Assembly: GCA_030704615.1 (NCBI GenBank)
Contig: CM060732.1
Span: forward strand, 45,570,001-45,634,000
Source of the DNA: Takakia lepidozioides
Taxonomy: Eukaryota > Plantae > Bryophyta
DNA: 64,000 nucleotides
Direction: 5' to 3'
The translations under genes and the position numbers were made by a program. The notes beneath the pieces are model-generated. The model was not told where the DNA came from and searched no databases. It was given only the letters and a program-made list of their open reading frames with translations. The stretch's first letter is position 1. Every line of letters starts with the position of its first letter. Shown here in pieces: positions 1-12,791 of the stretch.

Positions 1-1538
1 TTCGAGATAAACAATAAGATTTTGTGGTCTTGAAAACAATTCAATGCTAATAGGGTGAGATTTTCCCCCCACATTACTTCAATTGCCTGGAGTGGCGGGA
101 TGAAGACAAAATGTCTGTACCGCGGTCCAGTATGATGTCAAAAGAATAGGAGGAGCACAGGCAGCATCCTTCCCTATCAAGTCCCCGGTGATGCCACCGT
201 AACCAATAATCATACCAAAGTTAGATCAATGGATTGAAGTCAGCAGCTTAGTCCAATCACATGGAGTAATACTCTTCTTGTCGTCAGAGAGTAAACTGCC
301 ATCTCCAGCTGGTTAGTCTCAGAGATCTGATAATGCAGTGCTGGATGAGCCCAATAATGGCTTTGTAACACCCCAGGGGACAGATGGTGTTGCTCTAAAG
401 GCTGCTTTCATTCATCTCTCTTAGTCCTACATTATCCTGCAACTGCCAGATTGGCTCCTGCAAGACACCACATACAACTTCATTAAATCACAAATCAACA
501 CTCCCCAGTGTTGAAGATGGCAGGGTTGGTCGGCAGAGTTCCACTCTGCAGTTGAACTAGTACATAATATATGAGAAGTACTGAAGTAGGTGCGGGGGGG
601 GGGGGGGGGTTGATGAAAGGGAACAAGTTAAGAGGAGAAGAAAGATGCTGAGAATGGCTGGTGGGGGCCCATCATTTATACTGCTTGGATGTTACTTCAA
701 GTACTATAACTGAGCTAGTGGGAGCCTGACAACTCCTTTTGAAATCCTTTAGAGTCAGACTGGAGGCTCCCCACTGTAATGCCACATCACTAACCATTGG
801 TTACCCTCGGAGCAAGTTGCACGATATGCTTTCAATGGTGTTAGCATATACCATGGCACATTTAATCCCTCAAAGGTGGGGACTTTGGTATGAAGATGCA
901 AAAATCCCAACAAGGGCCACACTAGCAGCGGCGTTATGCCACAACATGTAACCTCCCAGGATTGATTCCAGTCAGCAAGAAGCACACATACAGAAGCATA
1001 CATTCCAACCGGCAAATTAGCAGAGGCATTATGCCATAATATTCCAACCTCCAAGCCAAGTTCCAGTCAGCAAAAAGGCAAAACCTCCAGAAGCATTACC
1101 CCTCCTATGGTATCACTCACCCTAAAAGTGAGTAGTCTAGAAACAGAACAACAAAAATTACCAGCCACGTACTAACCACACTAGTTTGTCTCAATCAACA
1201 CTAAACCCTTTGAGCCTTTATTTTGAAGGCCAATCTCCAACCAATAATTAAATGCAAACACCAACCAGAAAGCATCAAGCTATGCTCAAAAACATCAACC
1301 ATATCCCCAAGAACTTAAAAGACAAATCACCCAACACAAACAATCAAATATTAAAACCGTTGTCATAACCTCCTTCAGCTTGATGCCTACAAACTTTGTG
1401 TATGCACCTAGCTGGACCAAACTAGGTTGTGAAGAGACTCATACAGAGGAGGACAACACAATCCCATATTGCATACATTAAGAAAATGTACCGTCACCAC
1501 ATTCTTGGAACCAAGTTACAGAGAGGAGGAGGGCTTCC

Positions 1539-4500
1539 TCACTTCAGCTCGTTTCGGTATGGTTTGGCATCCATATATTTATGCCAAAAGAGACCTGCCG
1601 TTGGATCATCAACACCCTTGGGCCCTCCCCGATAAGCTCGCACCACAAACTCATCCGTCCTTGGCCTACTCCCTCCAAAAGAATCCACCTCCTTGGGTAT
1701 CATATTCAAAGCAACTAAATGTCTCCAGCAGAGCAAGGACAAAAATGGAGGCAAAAGAAAACACAGTAATAGCTCAAATCATGCCAACATCTCAAGCTTT
1801 AGCAACTCTAGGGTAATGAAAGAGCTAACAGACCTGCCACCATAATTTGAAAGCCAACAGACATAGGCTGCACCAAAGTACATAGCGAAGAAGGGCTTTG
1901 AAAGATCCTCCACTGACTTTAATCTGTATGACTTATATCCCATGTCACTGCCACAAATCAACATACCCATGAGCTCGTGAGACATTGTGCTCATATTTCA
2001 CTAGTACTTTATATAAGAACTTGTTCTTGCATCTAACGTTAGTAGCTTCGGCGACAGTCTGTAAAGCTGACAACAACCACACAACATGGAGAGATAGACC
2101 AACACAGAGAGCAGAAGCAAAGATTCATGCTTTCTTTCAAAATGCAAACCTGACATCTGTTATGACAAATCTGCAGATGGAAGGAAAACAAGCAGTGTCT
2201 TACTTGTAAAGCCAGGCAGCTGTTGGATATGATGTCTGCATGATGCCTGAGACTCCATCAGCTCCATACAGCAGCCGCTTGCTACTGACCTCCGCAATTC
2301 TACACAACATAATCTGCCAATCTGAAAAACAATGATCAGAACAAACTGAGATCTAAATTCACCCACATCTGTTCTCTTCATTGGATTTGTCCAAAGAGGA
2401 GAGACTATGCATTGACTTTGATACTCTGACACATTTCTCTTCCAAGTCCTCACAGACTGCTTTGTACAATGCTCTCTTTGGTATGTTCCAGTTAGACATT
2501 GCAGGGGTGCTTTGGCCCTGACTACAAGAAGGGCCTGCCCACTGGTTAGAAAGCCTGGAGGGTTGCTAACAGACATCAATGTCTCAGAAACTTCAACTCG
2601 CTCCTACTTGTAGCATGTGACAACATGAAGATTAAGGGTTGCTAAAATGAAAAGGGGAGTCCAACCCCAAGTTATTTGTTATTTCATATGTACAATCTGT
2701 ACATCATACCCAAAACACCAGTTGACTGTTCAAAACTCAGTAACATTCAGGGACGGCTTTAACTGAATGAATGTCAGAGTGACTTACCGAACTCACTCCC
2801 CTTTCTGCAAAAAACCTAGCTACAATATTTTCAGCAACTGCCTGCAACATAAATCAGTAGTGCATGTTAAATCTGTCTGCATCTGTAAATTTACCATGCC
2901 GACTCTCTGTCTCACTCAAAGTCATTCAAGGATACATCAAGGCACCAGACATGCTGGACTTAACGGAGGTAGTTATGCACACTAATGGACATAGCAGAGA
3001 CCCCTGTACATATTCACTCAAAAGAAAAACTTTCAAGATGTAAAGCTTATGGTGCCCTTGGTCCTCATTAACTACAAAGATAATTTCCACACAAATTGAA
3101 GAGAAAGCTGACTGTTGACTGTGTTGCAAGTGGTTACTGTTTACTGATGACACCGATGTGAAGAGTTTGCAGATCCATCTACAACTGAGCACATTGTGAC
3201 ATGATGAAGTCGATCCTTAAGCATCACACATGCAGATTACTGTTTCCATGTTATTGAATTAAGAAGCCATGCCTGCACAGCTTCGTTTTTTACTTCTCTT
3301 TTAGGAACTTGGTTACCTTTAATTCGGTTGTCGTTAGGTATGGTCTCAGCTCAGTATCCCGTGCAAACCGCACTTGGTCCCTTATCTCATGTGATTTAGT
3401 CCACTCTCGCTTCACATCAGGATCGCGCCACATGGCTTCCATATCCTCCAAGGAGGCTTTATCATTCCAGTAGGTCCACTCTTTTCCTGCCAAGCCACAC
3501 AAGGTTTCTCAATCATTCCTTTCAATCCATACCATGCCAGAACATGTTAAGTCTACAAGGCACATAAGGCAGACATACGTGATGCACGTGATGATCCGCT
3601 GGCAGTCACACCATGGGCAGCAACACCTGCAGAAGTGTGAGGGGAAGGGCTGCTTGGCTTGGTAATAATGGGTGTCACCAGAATCAATGGTACTTCACTG
3701 CAATCACAACATGATCCCCTTAGCGAAACATTGGTCTCCTCAAGGTATGCCTTAGAAAATCACACTGCACCCAGAGTTTTTTCACATGAAAGTGAGAATT
3801 GCAGTATCAGCGCAGCCTCACGTCACAATTTAACTTTATATAGACTGTCCATCTGTTAGCTAAGACCTTTTCACGTGAAGTGTCCATACATGTAAACTAA
3901 GGGGTAGGGGTACAGGATTTTACACCTCTGTGTGCCTATTCAAGTCTATCATCATCAGTCATTCTTAAACGAGCTGAAAAAAGAAGGCTTTTCCTAGAGT
4001 GTCTCAAAATGACATCTAACCACAACCTTTACCCCAGTTGTCTGCTGACACTTTATAAGTGTAGAAGTGATGCTATTGGTACTAAGTTGAAGACAAATGA
4101 GAAAAAGATTCCAGACCTTTGGTTTGGTAAGTTTTGCTTAGCAAGCAGATATTTATTCCAGTATGGAAGCGTAGACTTCTCAGTAGCACCTTTGGGTCCT
4201 CCATTATATCCGCGCACCATAAACTCCTCACTTCTCCTCCTACATTACATTGCCAACCCATTCAGTGATTCTAAAGACCAGCAGAATTAATAAGCTGATA
4301 CTTGTAGTAATAGCCTTTCACTTGTGGAAGTGATGATTGTGAATACCCGACCATATCCTGGATCGAGTACTTCCGTGGTGCTTGGTATGGAAGGGAGAGG
4401 TAATCCAAGAGGGCATTACCAAGGCAATCCCAGAGGCAACTATCAGGGTAATCCAAGGGGGAATTACCAGCCAGGGAATCAAGATTATAGAAATAATCCC

Positions 4501-6070
4501 AGAGCAGATCAAGGGTGAGGACCCAATGGTGAAGAACTGTGTTACTATTGTAATCAGGCAGGACATCACAAGGCAGCCTGTTCATTCTGGATTAGACACC
4601 AGAATGAAATGAGAGCTCATGTGAATGAGGGCTAGTGCTCTATACGTTCTTAAATGTTTACAGATAGTGCTGCATCTTGATCACAATACCAATACAAATT
4701 TTCTACTTCCCAACTGTTTCACTCTCCAAGCACAGGACAGTCAGGAACTTACTTGCCGTCGTAAGTTGAGAGCCACTTCAAATAGGCAGCCCCAAAGTAA
4801 ACACTCACAAAAGGCCGGTAGAGTGTTGCTGAAACTGTCTCAATAGTATATGCTCGGTACCCCATATCCCTGTCGATCCAAATAAATAATTTCTAGCATC
4901 AGACTTCGCAAATTCATGGTTGGCTGGTAAGCTTCGAGTGGCTCAAATCCACACCCATGAAGATCAACTATAACTAAACGGAGTCATATGACAAAAATTT
5001 CCAACTGGGGAGGAGGGAGGAGATACTTTTGCAGCCACTCTGCTGTTGATTGTAGTGTTTGCATGAGCCCAGTGCTGGCCTCACCCAGTTTTGGCTCATA
5101 GCGATAGGCAAGTGGCTGTCGTGCGCTCTCTATCTCTGCAATCGCACATATCATTGCCTGACCCCAGGCACACACCCATACCCATCTCAATCTCCAACTT
5201 CATATCTCTCAAGTATGGGAGACCACAGTCAACTTTTGTTTCGAAGATACCTCCCACCACCCATTTGGGTGAGGCTTCTGCCAAGGTAGTGGGTCCCCTC
5301 TGCTCTCTCCAGTCCCCCTTGCCCCCGTCCCCCTTTTCTGCTCTGTCCAAACTAGGCGCAGGCATGCCTATGGCAAGCAAAGTATGGTACATCTTCAGGT
5401 CTTCCGCCTTCAGGTACAGGTTAGCAGCAGTTACATGGCACTGAGGGCCTCATAGAGAGGCCTTCAGCTTTGAAGACCTGCTCTCTAAGCATATTTAGGG
5501 GAGGCCTTCATTGTCTCAATACAAAACCAAAACCTGTTTGGAACTTTCTTTTGATCGCAGAGGCCTTCCAGGCTTCCAGGGGAGGTAAGAGGTTTCTTTC
5601 TTTCTTTCCCTTCCATTTAACTTACCTGTAGAGCTGTCTGTGTCTTACACACTCTGCAGGTACAAGGAACAAATGGAAAAGAGCCTTCAAAATTCAATAC
5701 CTGATCCAGTCGTCTGAAATGCCTTTGAATAGTAATTTCTGCCATGGCCTAGATCGCACCCACCAAGAGAGAGAATCATTGTTAAGCAATTAGATGTTCA
5801 AATTAAACAACCTTACACTCAAACAGTTGTTCACATTTGCAGCCCTGTCCAGCACTACAAGCATTAGTCATTGATGACAGACATGCCACTCACCCGCATC
5901 TCTGTGTGGGTCACATAAGGTCTCCCATCAAGATTCCGTGACATATGAACCTTCTGGCCCCGTAGCTCCCCAGCTTTGATCCACTCTTTGCTTACATCTG
6001 GGCGCTCCCACAGTGCCTCCATGTCCTCAGGATCTGCCCAGTCGTCCCAAAACTTCATATTCGGTGCCAT
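1539..6070 (-). CDS. Spliced gene encoding two tandem soluble lytic transglycosylase (SLT/lysozyme-like) domains
   Basis: GT-AG exons read MAPNMKFWDDWADPEDMEALW... (6070-~5896), AMAEITIQRHFRRLDQ (~5748-5701), AMICAIAEIESARQP...STGLMQ (~5157-5027), DMGYRAY...YFGAAYLKWLS (~4872-4753) and RSEEFMVRGYNGGP (~4240-4116). A second homologous set follows at ~3488-3319, ~2861-2787, ~2313-2204, ~1948-1835 and ~1665-1539. The ES, GLMQ and YNxG motifs are SLT-like. The 3' end is approximate. Confidence 0.85.
4397..4470 (+). repeat. Three 24-bp tandem units inside an SLT intron
   Basis: ggtaatccaagagggcattaccaa / ggcaatcccagaggcaactatcag / ggtaatccaagggggaattaccag, translating as GNPRG(H/N)YQ three times. 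Confidence 0.75.
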
Positions 6071-8288
6071 TGCGTCTACTAATCTGGGTCTCCAAGCATA
6101 GACCAACACCTTTGGGAGGCTAGCAGGACCACAAACTGTGTGGACCCTTGGAAAGCTCAGATATGGGCCCCAATCTGCAGCCAATGCACTTATTCCTGCA
6201 ATATGCTTGCAACCTGGTTTCTTCTTCCGTGGGGTTCGGATATATAAGCTCAGTAATGGGCTGATAAACCTGCCTACTCCTTTTTCCCTTTGGGAAGTCA
6301 ATAGGTGTGATCTGATTATTTCATGTTGGTCTCTACCAGAGGTGTGCCTCTGTACTATGGGATTGTGATTCCCCACACAAGGGTTCCACTTTATCTCATT
6401 GAAGAAGGAAGCTTGCATGGGCCTCCTCGCTCCTTAAAGACACCCCAGAATTTGACTGGTGTCTTGGTGAGCCGAGAGGACAAGCTGATTGCTGCAAAAT
6501 AAGAGAGAGAGAGAGAGTCAAATGGCGTTAAGTCAACTAAGTTGTTTTGCACACATAGAACAGGTAGTCCAAGTTGCTCATATCTGGGGGAATATCAAAC
6601 AGGCTTTACTCTCGAGAAGCTCCCCATCTCCAGTCTTAAGTCGAATCTCGCTACTGAGAAGCTGACTCTGTATTCTCTGCGCAAATTGCTGGAATCTTGA
6701 TTCTCAGTTCCTTTTCAAGATGGTACGATCCAGCCTTTCTCAAGTTGAAGGTGAATTGAGAACGCACATCAAAATTTGTTCACGATGGTAAATTACCCTG
6801 CCCATACTATCCACCCACCGGTTGCAGCCATCTGCCAGCACCAGAATGAAGCCCTACAGACATACAGTGTCCATTAATTTTCGGTGTGTTGGTGCGCATT
6901 GTGCGGGTGAAATAATTAAGACATCTTCTTGATTCTTCGGTGATTAATCCCGGCGGTGGACACTGAGATGCATATATGGGGGAGTTTACAGCAGGTGCGA
7001 GGGAAGAGCCTCTATCCGCTATAGAACAATTGACGAAAGTGTGGAACTAAAACAGGAGGTTCCTACTGCACAAAAAATATTACCTGCTCTCTCTTTCCCT
7101 TCTCAGGTTAAGCCTCTCCTGGATTCTCTCATGTGAAACCGGCCTATGCTCCACTAGAGAGAGCAGAGTGCAAGAAATAAACAGAATCTCATCTCCCCTA
7201 GCCCAAGACTGAGCCCAGCCATTTGAGGACTTGCATTTTTTCTTATTTGAAAGTACGCAGAGTCAGTTCAAACCAGACACCGCTTTGCATCCATATACTC
7301 GTAGATATAAGTGTGGAACGAGAAGAAGAAAGAACGAACCTATGTTTAAGATCATCTGAGAACGGGGGGGCGAAAGAGGAAAGGCAGGGAAGGGAGGGAA
7401 GGCACCTTAATCTACAGGGCTTGCTCTCCTGTGGTTTACTCCTTACACGTTCCACGACCCAGTACGACGAATGAAAATCCAGTGTTGCCGCTACCAAGTG
7501 CGACACCAGAGCAGGAGAAAGAACAAGATCAAGAACCCAAAACTTGCAGCTCAAGCGCCAACGACAGGGTACAAATCATTCGAAGGAACCCAACTGAAAA
7601 GGAGGGCCAAAATTGAGCGTCTCAAAACCCACAGAACAAAATCCGCCAGGGATCAAACAAGACAACTGAGCGAATTGAGGTTGTGAAACTTTTCGTTAGA
7701 ATCTGAGACACGCCAGGAATTCAACAGAAATAACGGACCCAAACTGAGCTTCTCAGAAACTACGGCAAATCCACTGCAGCAATCGCGATGTAACAAAGAA
7801 CTTGAAGAAAGAACGAAGTTATTAGAATACCACTAGCGTACTGTATGAAGCGAGCGAAGACGGATGCAGACATTCAAGCAACTATCCAGCCACCTACTGT
7901 ACCTTGAAATCCGCCGATCGTCTGTACGCCACCTCGCACGCTCCACCTGCCACACCCCCGCTCTCATAACCAATGCTCCCGTGCTTATGCCGCTAATATA
8001 CCTCGCAAGGAACCCTAATTCTCAGCGTAAACACCAACCAATCCCTTCCTCTGCTCGATCCGCATTCTGTAAAATGCAAGTAAGGACTCACGGATCACGA
8101 GATGTCCTTCCTACATGTCCTTCGTAACGTCGCTCACCAAGTAACGTACTCTCCCAGCTACGTATCCGATCACTCACTGTACAGCGTATTTAACCTGTAG
8201 ACAGTAATTTTCAATATAGAGCGTTACTGTAACCTGTTGGAAAGATTACAGACCTAATCAGGTATGTACTTATTCACTTAATAGTGCC

Positions 8289-8440
8289 CCGGTCAGGGGT
8301 TCAATCCTCTGTTGGTTTGTGGGTCGTCGGGTAGGCGATTCGGTCCCAGATGACAAAAAAATATAAGGCGGTTAATTTCTGGCCTTCGTCTTGATGATTG
8401 TGTCCCAAGTGCATCGGGTTTCCTTTCAATGAATAAAAAT
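8289..8440 (+). mobile_element. Possible 5'-truncated tRNA-derived SINE
   Basis: B-box-like GGTTCAATCC at ~8299; 3' motifs ggttaattt and ggtttccttt plus an A-rich tail, shared with the element at 10674. Confidence 0.4.
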
Positions 8441-8502
8441 GAAACAAAATATTGGCTACATTTTTCTTTAAAGAAATAGTAAGAGGGGATTGTCGATAAG
8501 GA

Positions 8503-8722
8503 GAAAAAACAAGCGGCTAGTCGCGTATGGCTCCTCTTTGTGAATAGCGAAATCTACTTTCATCCATTATGAACTTGAAATTTCAACCGTTTATTCTTCA
8601 TAAATTGTCCATAAGAGAGATGTTACCTGAGAGAGGTGTTACTTACCTGGAGGATGGTTTTCAACAAAGGAGAGGAGGTGACAGCTGGGGAAGGCACCAC
8701 AGGGGCTTAGCAATTTTTGACA
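8503..8722 (+). repeat. Direct repeat copy 1 (~220 bp; copy 2 at ~10040-10241)
   Basis: aaaaaacaagcggctag(t/a)cgcgtatggctcctctttg ... ggggaaggcac...agcaatttttgacacc occurs in both copies. Confidence 0.8.
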
Positions 8723-10334
8723 CCGACGCCTAGTCTCCTTTTTTAATAAAGAGGAGCCAATAAAACTCCAACCAAACGCAGGACGAACCCAAAGACCGAA
8801 TCAAAAGAGAGAACACATGCGGCGGGATGAAGAACATGCTTTTTCTTGTTACATATGGGGATAAGTATCATTTGAAAAAGAGAGGTGTAGGAAATCTTTG
8901 GACTTCTTGGAGGTTGTGGCACTATCCACAAAAGTATCATGCCTAAGTACACACATTAATAACTATCCAAGAAATATAATTGGAAAAATGGCCATTTGAT
9001 AGTTGTTTTTAGATAATTAATTGACCATGTCGACCGAGCCTTTTGGGATATGATACATGCGTAAAGTACCACAAACTCGGGGTGAGTACCTACCCCTATT
9101 TTGGCCAAACTACGGGATGAGTTGCAAAAGTGGGGATCAAACTAATACAAAAGAAACAAGCCTAAAATGCGATAGGCTCTCTTGCTTTGGCAAAACATAA
9201 GAGGAAGGTGAGAGTAAAGGGCATGACTCAGCACAACACACCAATAGAGGCCTTGACACACTCTAAGGTCCTTTGACCACATTTTCTCCATTGACTTGAA
9301 CATGTTGTGAAGTCTCTCTACAAGAGAGCCAAAAAAGACTTGATGAAACTCCTTTCTTCACAAAAACTGGGGATCAATGGAGTTTCATACCCAGCTTGCA
9401 TTTTGTTGAGATGCACAACAGTGACGAAATGCGAGCTGTATGAGACGAGAGTGACAAGAGTGGAGAGTTGGACTTTTAGAGAATCAGATCGTGTCAAGTA
9501 CCAGGACTGACATTTAGGGTTTAATTCAAATCAGATCAGTTATATATTATATTCACTCCAATCTCATATAAAATCAGTGTAGAGGCATATTGCATCGTAC
9601 TAGAATATGGAATAGTGCATCCAAGATGTAATTTCGAGCAGAAAATTCACCCTTATACGGATAGCATGACATTATAAAAACTCGACGGTTGTTATTCCAG
9701 CTCGTATACCAACCACATGATACTACACTAAGAAAGTTATAATGAAGAGCAATCCACCTTTACACTTCACTTCGAGAGAGAGAAATAGGTAAAGTACAGC
9801 CGGACACCATGCCGATGTGGCCCTTGTTGTTGCTACTGGTGCGTGCCTTGCCCACCTTGCCGCCAACTAATCGACCATTCTTACTATTACTTCAAATGAT
9901 CAATCATGTCAAAACATGATCGTCATGTCATGACATTTCCATGATACATTTTTTATACCATTTGAATCCATTACATGTTTTGCAACGTTTCATGAATGTT
10001 AGTACGATGGGAAGCCCTAGTGACAATAATAGTAAGGATAAAAAACAAGCGGCTAGACGCGTATGGCTCCTCTTTGCGAATAGTGAAATATACTTTCATC
10101 CATAATAAAGCTGAAAATTCATCCATGTATTTTTCAAAAATTGTTCAATGAGAAAGAAGCATACCAAGAAGTAGTTTTCAGCAAAGGAGAGGAGGTAATG
10201 CATGGGGAAGGCACAACATGGGCTTTAGCAATTTTTGACACCCATCTATAGTCTTCTCTTTAGAACAAGGGCTCCGCCACAAGAGGCTCTGTCTTCGGTT
10301 GTTTTATACTTTTTCCAGGGCTTCATGAATCATG

Positions 10335-10645
10335 CCCATCAACCCTCCATAGACTAGGTTTAATGGATAAGCCTCGTTCTCGCCCTAGGCAAGATGTCTC
10401 CATGAGTCATGGACCATGACAATGCCTCTAACCCTTTGGGGTCCCGTCAACCCTCCATAGGACTTAATGGATAAGCCTAGTTCTCAGCCAAGATGTCTCC
10501 ATGAGTCATGGACCATGGTCACAATGCCTCTATCCCTTGCGGGTCCCATCAACCCTCCATAGGGCTTAATGGATAAGCCTAGTTCTCCGTTCTCTGCCTA
10601 GCTCCGCCTAGGCAAGAAATCTCCACAATGTCTTTATCCCTTGCG
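10335..10645 (+). repeat. Tandem repeat of about three ~105-bp units
   Basis: Recurring ccc(a/g)tcaaccctccatag...taatggataagcct...caagatgtctccatgagtcatggaccatg...acaatgcctcta. Confidence 0.85.
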
Positions 10646-10673
10646 GGATAGAGCCAATAAAGAGGGGCACATC

Positions 10674-10899
10674 GGCTGGTAGCTCAACTCGTAAGTGCAC
10701 AATGTGTCGCCCTAGTTGTTGGTTCAAACATTCAAACCCGCTACCCTGCCCCATGTGTGGGATTGTTTGTGACCGTATGTCTGGGCATTGATCGTCCTGT
10801 TGGTCTCATGGCCCATAAATGAAAAGGAGGTTAATTTTTCCCCCTCCTTAAGGGCCTGAATTGTTGTTGCTCCCAGGTTTCCTTTTGAAAAAAAAAAAA
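10674..10899 (+). mobile_element. tRNA-derived SINE
   Basis: A-box-like TAGCTCAACTCG at ~10680, B-box GGTTCAAAC at ~10721, an unrelated body, and a poly(A) tail at 10888-10899. Confidence 0.6.
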
Positions 10900-11467
10900 C
10901 CCCATAAAATTATGTGGTAAGGCATCATGTTTTGCCATTATTGCTAGAGAGGGGATTGATTGGGAAAGAAAATGAAAAGGAAAGAAACAAAATTAAATCT
11001 ATTCAAATCTTTAACTATGGTTATAGGTCTTTAAAGGCAACTTATATCTATATGTTTAGGTGAGGTTAACATTTACATAGGGATATTACCTGAAAAAAGA
11101 TGCTTGTTCACAAAAAATTTATCAATATTTAATATGTTCCTCTCATGGATAATCTGCGAAGTTATTTTTTGTCCTTGCATAATATGATTGATTGGGTTGT
11201 GTCCTATTCTTGGGATAAATTAAAAAAATACACTTATTTTTGTAGGGAACAAAAATTTGTCAACATGTATTAACTTTAGGATCACGGCCAAGGTAGTTCT
11301 GGATTTGAAGCCCATGGTGCAGCTGTACCTGTATCTCTTGCACTCATGCTCAAGGAGTTGTACTACCGGATAGTCCATGGTGTGAACTTAATAGCAGAGT
11401 CCCTTTGGAGTGATCACATGATAGCTCCACCCTTAAAAATGTTCACTTTTGAAAGTTTAAACTTTAA

Positions 11468-12293
11468 CCCTTAAGTTCCCAAGCGACCTGAATCGGGTCA
11501 CTTTGAATTTGTAGGTCGACCTAATTTTTGCAGATCTAATCTGATGGGGCCCACTCCTAAAGCTTTAATGACAAGGGATTTGTCTAGAGTATGATGCAAA
11601 AAAACAAAATTTAAAAAAAAAACAAAAGCTACGACGTACAAAAAATATCTTAGGTCTCTCATTTACGTTTTGGGGCCTGAAAAGGGCTTGTTGACCGCTG
11701 ACGTGGCAGGTAAACAAGCCCAAAACAGATTGCACTCCAAGGCAATTTTTGGCAGAAAATTAGCAATTTTGGAAAAAGCGCTTCACCTTGTGGTGTGTGA
11801 GCATTACATACACACATACACCATTGGCTTTTAAAAATTTTGTAGAAAAAAAAGTACTTCATTTGGAGGCACATTTTCTCTTGTCAATTTTGAGATTTCA
11901 ACCCCCATGTAATTGCATGCATAGCAACCATAGGTGAAAAAATCAGTTGGACCTGCAATTTAGTGGGGTCATAGCCACTCCACTATTGATTTGGAAATGG
12001 TGGGTCTTGGGGCAAGCAAAATTGGATAAAGCTAGGTTATGATTTGGTCAAACCAATTTCTTTCTCACTTTTTCTTTGGGACCTGATATTTGAGGTCCCG
12101 GCCAACGCTATAATCTCACAATTTGCACGGTGGACTTGGCTCATTTTTTGGTATGTCATGCATAAATGAGCTGGGCCCATTGCTATAAGGCTGGAATCTC
12201 CGGATGATTTTTGGTAGGTTTCTAGGGGCAATTTACTGCAGCTGGGTACCCAAAATTGGTAAAAAGTCGAAAAAGGGCTTGGGAACTTAAGGG
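11468..12293. mobile_element. Non-autonomous piggyBac-like DNA transposon (826 bp)
   Basis: TTAA on both sides (11464-11467 and 12294-12297) and perfect 17-bp TIRs CCCTTAAGTTCCCAAGC / GCTTGGGAACTTAAGGG. Confidence 0.75.
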
Positions 12294-12791
12294 TTAAGGA
12301 TTATACAATGTAAAGTAAAATAAAATTACTGGAAAATATTAAATATAACACTTTAATTTTAAATGTGAAGTCTAGAAACAAAAAACCTGTGTGTCATGCC
12401 GGTAATAAAAATAAATAAAATGCAACTGACAAAGTTTGGACGGAAAAAGTGAAAGGAACTTAATATAATGGAATTGGATGTGACAAAACAAAAGGGACTT
12501 GAAATCTGAAATGAACTTAATATAATGGAATTACAAAAATTGGGAAATTAGAAAATTTTGCTGATTTCATATACAACTAGTGTGGGGGCATGCGCCATTG
12601 AACAGTGAGCACATACTAGTGTTATAACGTCGTTATATGTATTTGCATTCAATTATGACCATGTGTACCAAAAGACAAATGAAAGGCCAATATTCCAAAA
12701 AAAACCCAATTTGTTGTTTTTCATGAATTTCCAGTACTGACGAAACATGCTTGAAAAAAATACTAGAAGGAAAACGCGGAATAACCGCTGG

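Noticed and set aside
500-1100. Possible solo LTR, a 16-G run and a ~95-bp imperfect duplication
   Set aside because: No paired termini, TSD or PBS found; treated as ordinary low-complexity intergenic sequence.
5864-6418. 184-aa ORF as an N-terminal extension or transit peptide of the SLT gene
   Set aside because: Homology to the second domain starts only near MAPNMKFW at 6070; the upstream part looks like intron or UTR read-through, although cDNA is needed to exclude it.
10674-10745. Possible tRNA gene
   Set aside because: It has A- and B-box-like motifs but no convincing cloverleaf, and continues into a body and poly(A) tail like a SINE.
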